Positions 62,701 to 64,000 of a stretch of 64,000 bases of DNA are shown here, piece by piece. The stretch is from positions 8,148-72,147 of the forward strand of contig JBGFSC010000033.1 of the NCBI GenBank assembly GCA_041694815.1, in the 5' to 3' direction. The stretch's first letter is position 1. Each line of letters opens with the position of its first letter. This DNA comes from Elusimicrobiota bacterium. Lineage in GTDB: Bacteria; Elusimicrobiota; Elusimicrobia; UBA1565; JACRDR01. The position numbers and the translations under genes were made by a program. Under the pieces are notes generated by a model. That model ran no database searches. It saw only the letters and a program-made list of their open reading frames with translations, and was not told the origin of the DNA.

Positions 62701-64000
62701 GCGCCCGGGATTTCGCCACGAACCTGGAGTCGCCCCAGGCCCAGGGCGGCTTCATCGTGGACCTGAGCACTCCTTCGGCGAGCCTCGTCTCTCCCGCCAA
62801 TAATGTCTTCTACGTGAGCGTCAGCTCGGTCACGGGGTCGGCCGACGACCGCTTCTGCACCTTCAACCCGGCTTTGTGCGTCGTCAACAACCGCGACAAG
62901 CAGGCCGGCATCGCCGGCTCCAGCGTCACCGTGGTGATCCAGCGCCTGAGCGACTACAAATACTGGAGCGGTACCGCCTTCGACTCCACCGTGCCCGTCT
63001 GGTCCTCGGCCAATTTCGTCGGGATGTCCAGCGGAACCTGGAGCTACTCGATCAACCCGAGCTTCCTGGTCGACGGATCGAGCTTCGCGGTGACGGCGCG
63101 GGCCAAGGACCAGGCGGGCAATCTGCAGCTTTCCTATAGCACGAATGTCTTCACCATCGACTCGCAAGCCCCGACTTCGATGGCTACGGCGCCGGCTACG
63201 ACGGTCGATGTGATGACTCCCATCTACGGCACGGCCAGCGACCCCGCCATCGGAGTGCTCGATGGCGTGCTGCTCAACATCGTGCAAACGGTGGGCAACG
63301 GCTCGCCTCAGACCTGGACGGACACGGGCTGGGTCGCCGGGAACTCGAGCATCTGGGTGGGCACCGGCACGATCGGCGCGCTCATCACCGGAACCACCTA
63401 CGCCTGGAGCTTCTCCGGCAGCACGATTACCTGGCTGTCGAACTCCACCTATCAGATCAAGACCCGCGCCCGGGACAAGGCCGGAAATTACCGTCCCGTT
63501 CCCGGCAGCGCGGACCTGAGCTTCTCCATCTCCGGCCCGCTTTCGGGCATCACCACTCCGAGCAACGGCGCCCCGCATTTCAAGTCGGCGGCCCTGACCT
63601 CGATACTGGGCACGGCGATCAATTCCTCGACCGCCGCCGTGCGCCTGACCCAGGCCGGCCCGGACCATGCCTTCGCGGTGGGCAACGACGATCTGGCCTG
63701 GCATAGCGGCTTGGGCTGGGTGTCGACCAACACCTTCAACGGCTACATCGGCGTGACCAGCTACAACGGCGCCCCCGACCCGGACACCTGGAGCTATTCC
63801 TTCTTGGCCGCCAACTGGCAGAACAATCGCAAGTACAAGGCCGAGTCCATAGGCCGCACCCTATCGCCCGCCGTGGACCAGAGCGTGTTCACGGGAGCGG
63901 AGACCCGCGAGTTCATCATCGACGATTCCGCGCCTTCGGCGGCCGTCACCCTGCCCAGCGCGCTCTATTACCGAGCCGGGCAATTGCCGAATTTCACCGG
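50739..64000 (+). CDS. giant secreted Ig-like-repeat surface protein (adhesin-like), partial; at least 4,420 codons with no stop before the window end
   Basis: SP MARPIALLAGLLLAPSFCWA. Continuous reading frame from 50739 to 64000, which the ORF track misses because there is no in-window stop. Dozens of roughly 100-aa repeats carry YW(S/T)G(S/T)xW and (A/T)xDxAGN strand motifs typical of bacterial Ig-like domains. All overlapping track ORFs are in other frames. Confidence 0.8.
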   Translation, partial: MARPIALLAGLLLAPSFCWAVPQDISGGISTAEPGSRKVFYHESYDRTWVFYQNSLSKFAYQSYDGVNWTADTQVFPAADVSAAGCTGTPGPVGSIWYVASSTRVYAIAGEDSANETNDNTNANYPNKVYLRRGDLNSDGTITWGSVACRARDITFDGGLGDYLAGMSVSIAVPEDETANGGNNLMWVAHFRRRTTVFRQAPAGQNQITAATLGGGVDLQDGHALQEASNANGFESVVPINDAGTWKFLVGNNDRSDQSDPIVDRFVVSAAARELGGELDPTGPGINNNAYSVSLAPEGASSIVHAAYVDSSGRIAYQRRTGAGTWAAAIVVDACAAVNSSPCKNPSVAYVPDPATFNRVYIVYLSSYGAVNYAVGPATATAAGEFTVIQGWQSSGSNPIVPVKSTAPAPLAVVWNDASPQAKIDFIITSGYASPTVSSVAESPGKAWLSSNKFDLLITGSNFLDLGGTKKPKVKLLENGADQSAITVTSTTFVNASTLRASIVLIAPTTSYDVRVINPDAKFTVFQDTVTISSPTLSSLTDADGNILSGGIFPNNNGTTAMTRDVTVNGSNFQNWGSSVPKVSVVSGISLYAITGLSSNSFVARLKISTTTVAGTYALTVQNPDNQSVTQSSTFTVTRPSATINYPIEGNGLLGGFTTGFATLNGVADYDTTGDGLGDSVAGITQNTSDIRIVSLGGAGCPANGYLWNGSGFAAPGSFADQEQEWQAASAPSPWAYSTLNMNLFQAVDTEGCPFRLESRGRSSDGGRSMASGAGIVTLTMDRKRPVIDVTSPPGGQIINTADNIFMVFSDVSGVKKVEFTLQADTETARYWTGSSWTANEMWLSTPASPQMQFNPPTASNNVTIRTITDDLKRPAWVDGWKYRIKARATDRLEQLGYAPGGASAPTETVFFYDVSAPTVTLESQWLNVSTCTVASGCATSWKRSVPSIGGGISDNVSILEAIHNPNVKLRIFDITATNLYLDTGTLSFTNIAAGNAWFDAKKSGGHANCSVNGSAGTWNCSFSAVPVGGSCGAQGGPGCGWQNGREYRIEVYGLDGAGNSTGTAASPLFTRYFKFDADNPTITIDYPIEGGLYGLNGTNDPRGSSGDSTSGVDYVEYRLEYPGSGGLTKWTKGVTGSCSGGAKGPNDWCDQTAAIWNIAGTTTTVPYAVWHASEATNAGKWVNGEQYALIARVVDKAGNFSVTYATVTFKLDSSSPVASVSFPGASTFFSAQIGGVNGFVQDYPLTTRQSGIDLMKIGIQRLGDGFWWNGASGWQATRNDPAQAVVQGSPGENTAWSHANFGGFWSNITWSSETFRVYAWAQDKVDQPSSAYRNVESSQTLDQTFYYDVMSPTSSVIAPINNQWYSAVSGYDLSYILGTATDRPASGPGSGNTIFRAYAEIRYPDDGDANKCWGGTAFDKQCYQDGGATCGSAASSWQEMTISGSSWTFPVQAGGGALWTAMTDGKTYQVRVCSLDNAADSTGASNFSSRNKETNFTSNVNEKSLRVDKSGPSSLIQSPNQAEVSILTTISGTASDGNSGIFHVRVAYYGETEANWWNPVTRAFDLGGASSNPPDSAFIAASTQTLNPVPWEVSGASIPAMVNGQFYRIFAAGQDQVSNTTTFPGHGSYTNPPTQSSFIRIKRVAAAPTSAINVPGAGEPHYKPSGGQSLTSISGSLADATTLQIRLTNVSAEPDQVWTGASWVSTVTYLAGCTNTTYVVGQSTCGFIGADNTTWSESVSALPWPAGTNRIQCEARAATESPLVVQNEPFPSRLFVIDGDNPNNTLTEPNAAYERWLSTITGIATDIGLGVISNVEIALSTASQSSYWNGSGSWVVGPAIWLGATANSPPFDSNNEAWSRSSGLPAFENNKTYEIQVRLTEKSGRTFLFPQPGPTFNFTIDTASPTARILAPVVNSGIRSLPQLWGTAADNGQNQSVQIAIQKLSATPLWYDGADFLVPGSNPNWIFIQNGINGFLSADATSWTYAPAGVDGDFTGGFEYLVLTRSTDVAGNIQDTFAADVSSRVIRIDKRAPESYGSFPVDDGDGASGRYRSSLVGQTGNSTHIRGTAQDPAEGSTPSAGVFATQLRLSYLSGGTSYYWTGTTFSSWTVTQNSAWNSALVTGSAPTWNWDYLVNIDFNEVDGAAQPAVDREYRLEMRSEDASRLADGSGAGNVETPSNPPADTLHFIVDDSTPAVLITTPSAAALGSLSEISGTAAAALSGHRRTELKISTGTGASTRYWTGSTWTANEHWITTARLGQSSWTYTVPANLFDGDLPLTEYTFIARTLDYAGNYSSLYSTKTLVHDDVAPYAAVGFPISGGFYNAAGIVTSSGSVSDSAAGNTGITDVRIVLKRVDPPVGYWKQSDNTFPPGIQRSTVNIFTSSWTVAMPALFSNVSYRMWVEATDGAGNIYWANANASQAAADTDIGNNVGGVPFLYDNDVPLSVTTSPANNALIRSQLSAIAGTSIDGLGSSGLSTSAGDQFRFRLLRSSGPPGNYQYWQGGASWGSVADFFITPVEIDAANKKFSWIQALPAGAFLDDGREYKTRIRARDQANNTESEKEYRFIFDSSVPDSKITSPAHDSFINATAFTISGTADDRINYGQGQDFEAGLAVNGASVAVQRLSDNQWWSGTAFNQSSPFWSSATFVGASSGTFSYAITLTADTSYYVVARALDLAGNLETDLSTNTFTVDLQNPTSRSTSPTGTLNQMTAIYGTASDLLPGQLDGILLNIVQTAGTGSPQTWTDTGWTAGDSSIWVGTGTIGALITGTTYAWSFSGSTIAWLADSSYKVSTRARDKAGNYRPIPGSPDITFSLAGPLSGITTPSNGAPHFKSAALTSILGTAINSSTAAVRLTQAGPDHAFAVGNDDLAWHSGLGWVSTNTFNGYIGVTSYNGAPDPDTWSYSFLAANWQNNRKYKAESIGRTLSPAVDQSVFTGAETREFIIDDSAPSAAVTLPSALYYRAGQLPNFTGTITDTVPGAANSASVRFRLLRMKDSYEWNGSTFAASGIDLVPTDQGGGNYSFANSTGDAVFEDGLLYKVRITAQDLATNQTVVEQPSPNGFRFDVSKPTATISVPKAGYVINSLPQLSGTAADFMSGSGNYQGSGVSGVNVYLQNLANGSYFNGSGFLSATPVPLAASFYAPSGTWTYTSGSLESSLTDGLYSLYVEAADNAGNVQVNFTANNSSRTFAIDKTAPSRAITTPVSQAYTPAAIFSANVTGTNTDSVVNSTAAGADFVELQLWYVVGVSSYYWSGSWSTTISTLQASGASWSLLAQQPPQTGANSWARGADAVDTERRYYVRVRAHDKSTLGDGSVSPSTGNVSSWSSPLGFIVDPILPVSSVTTPSNGSFASALPSISGTADGGLSGLGSPGGVVVRITTNPSTGPDWNGSAYSFTGVPIFRSVTVTGNSWSYPGSTGDNLTGAFQDHNVYYVYSKATDGAGNPESGMFVSTVTIDASAPSLSISHPSTPPNPPFYSNNTESTRKSTYTWGAISDPAPVPSGVTQVWVAIASGSSLNVWWSTTTNSFSVNQTAVHWSTQVYVPGAARWEYYPPWTLSDQISYKVFVRASDGAGNWTGNIVNPGDAGELSQQFKYDILRPTGTVSGPANGSNVKSLAAFSGSAADPGGSAGSGIQIVYAGVKKTSVIPNEWWNWGTKQFDSGLSDPPALSPLSAAWTQVATTSAQGFNSVGWSTPVPVNMLVSSNTYQVVVAAVDWATNRPPDAEPTLSGAGANFRYDTQAPVVAATFPVSGLAYNAASLTPLAGTAADNTTGNSGVQSVQILLKNSVTNSYWSGSGNIFDAPPSGYSNWVTMSGKETWSRSWPSLDSNVKYILWVRGSDNAVNISTYPAYPADQGRLDANQNIDGSVAINFIYDTDPPVSKMTSPQPGAYIQNPAVLATVSGTAYSDVANVSGASYVDQVRLNLYCSGCAAGDVPGWWTGGGWSTTQPDPPQFAASGPPGSPSVNWSFSFSNSWAEGYQYIVYSRARDFATNLESPQAQGGFIVDLSTPSASLVSPANNVFYVSVSSVTGSADDRFCTFNPALCVVNNRDKQAGIAGSSVTVVIQRLSDYKYWSGTAFDSTVPVWSSANFVGMSSGTWSYSINPSFLVDGSSFAVTARAKDQAGNLQLSYSTNVFTIDSQAPTSMATAPATTVDVMTPIYGTASDPAIGVLDGVLLNIVQTVGNGSPQTWTDTGWVAGNSSIWVGTGTIGALITGTTYAWSFSGSTITWLSNSTYQIKTRARDKAGNYRPVPGSADLSFSISGPLSGITTPSNGAPHFKSAALTSILGTAINSSTAAVRLTQAGPDHAFAVGNDDLAWHSGLGWVSTNTFNGYIGVTSYNGAPDPDTWSYSFLAANWQNNRKYKAESIGRTLSPAVDQSVFTGAETREFIIDDSAPSAAVTLPSALYYRAGQLPNFT
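59205..59659 (+). repeat. intragenic exact repeat, copy 1 (inside the giant ORF)
   Basis: Identical at nucleotide level to 63547-64000. The preceding roughly 260 bp (58947-59204 against 63291-63546) are about 90% identical. Confidence 0.75.
63547..64000 (+). repeat. intragenic exact repeat, copy 2 (truncated by window end)
   Basis: Copy of 59205-59659, offset 4,341 bp, which is not a multiple of 3 by my count. The offset may be off by 1-2 nt. Confidence 0.75.

Noticed and set aside
51144-63704. Many long minus-strand ORFs (for example 53901..55097 at 398 aa, 59520..61031 at 503 aa, 62463..63704 at 413 aa, 51144..52001) and short + ORFs in other frames across the 51-64 kb region
   Set aside because: All overlap the single uninterrupted + frame starting at 50739 that carries the coherent repeat architecture. 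Their translations are Arg/Gly/Pro-rich GC-artefact sequences with no domain signatures.

Overview
This is a high-GC bacterial chromosomal segment. From about 1.9 kb to the window end almost every real gene is on the + strand, and many neighbouring genes overlap by a few bases, so they are probably co-translated.

Recognisable housekeeping genes are rplU-rpmA-obg, rplM-rpsI, asnB, tpiA, dcd, purA, dprA-topA-xerC, a YifB/ComM ATPase, and an hpnC-hpnD-hpnE squalene-synthesis set. The accessory-looking content, in order along the window:

1. 1321-3369: a decayed ORF6N gene, followed by two exported AAA+-like proteins that have lost their P-loop.
2. 9240-15850: a DUF222-like gene, then a tightly packed array of five paralogous signal-peptide/multi-pass membrane proteins interleaved with two exported WD40 propellers.
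3. A shared extreme C-terminal tail (consensus A-E-E-R-F-[KR]-L-x-W) on the two WD40 proteins and both AAA-like proteins of item 1, four exported proteins with unrelated folds.
4. 20.9-31.6 kb: a sugar-phosphate-utilising (SPU-type) bacterial microcompartment locus (PduL, acylating aldehyde dehydrogenase, DeoC with an N-terminal extension, RpiB-like, two BMC-H, one tandem BMC-T, three BMC-P). A 5'-nucleotidase, HAD phosphatase, MFS transporter and tpiA sit just upstream. pilT and a DnaA-like AAA+ protein lacking the DNA-binding domain follow.
5. 36.4-39.4 kb: four consecutive lipoprotein genes ending in a CsgG-like one.
6. Two families of structured intergenic repeats.
7. 49.1-49.3 kb: a candidate c-di-GMP-I riboswitch with its own promoter and terminator.
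8. 50739 to beyond 64000: a giant secreted Ig-like-repeat protein of at least 4,420 aa. It is absent from the ORF track because it has no stop codon inside the window. It carries a long exact internal nucleotide repeat.

Most minus-strand ORFs in the track are antisense artefacts of high GC. My hand-counted coordinates may be off by 1-2 nt in places. Where the ORF track gives coordinates I used them.
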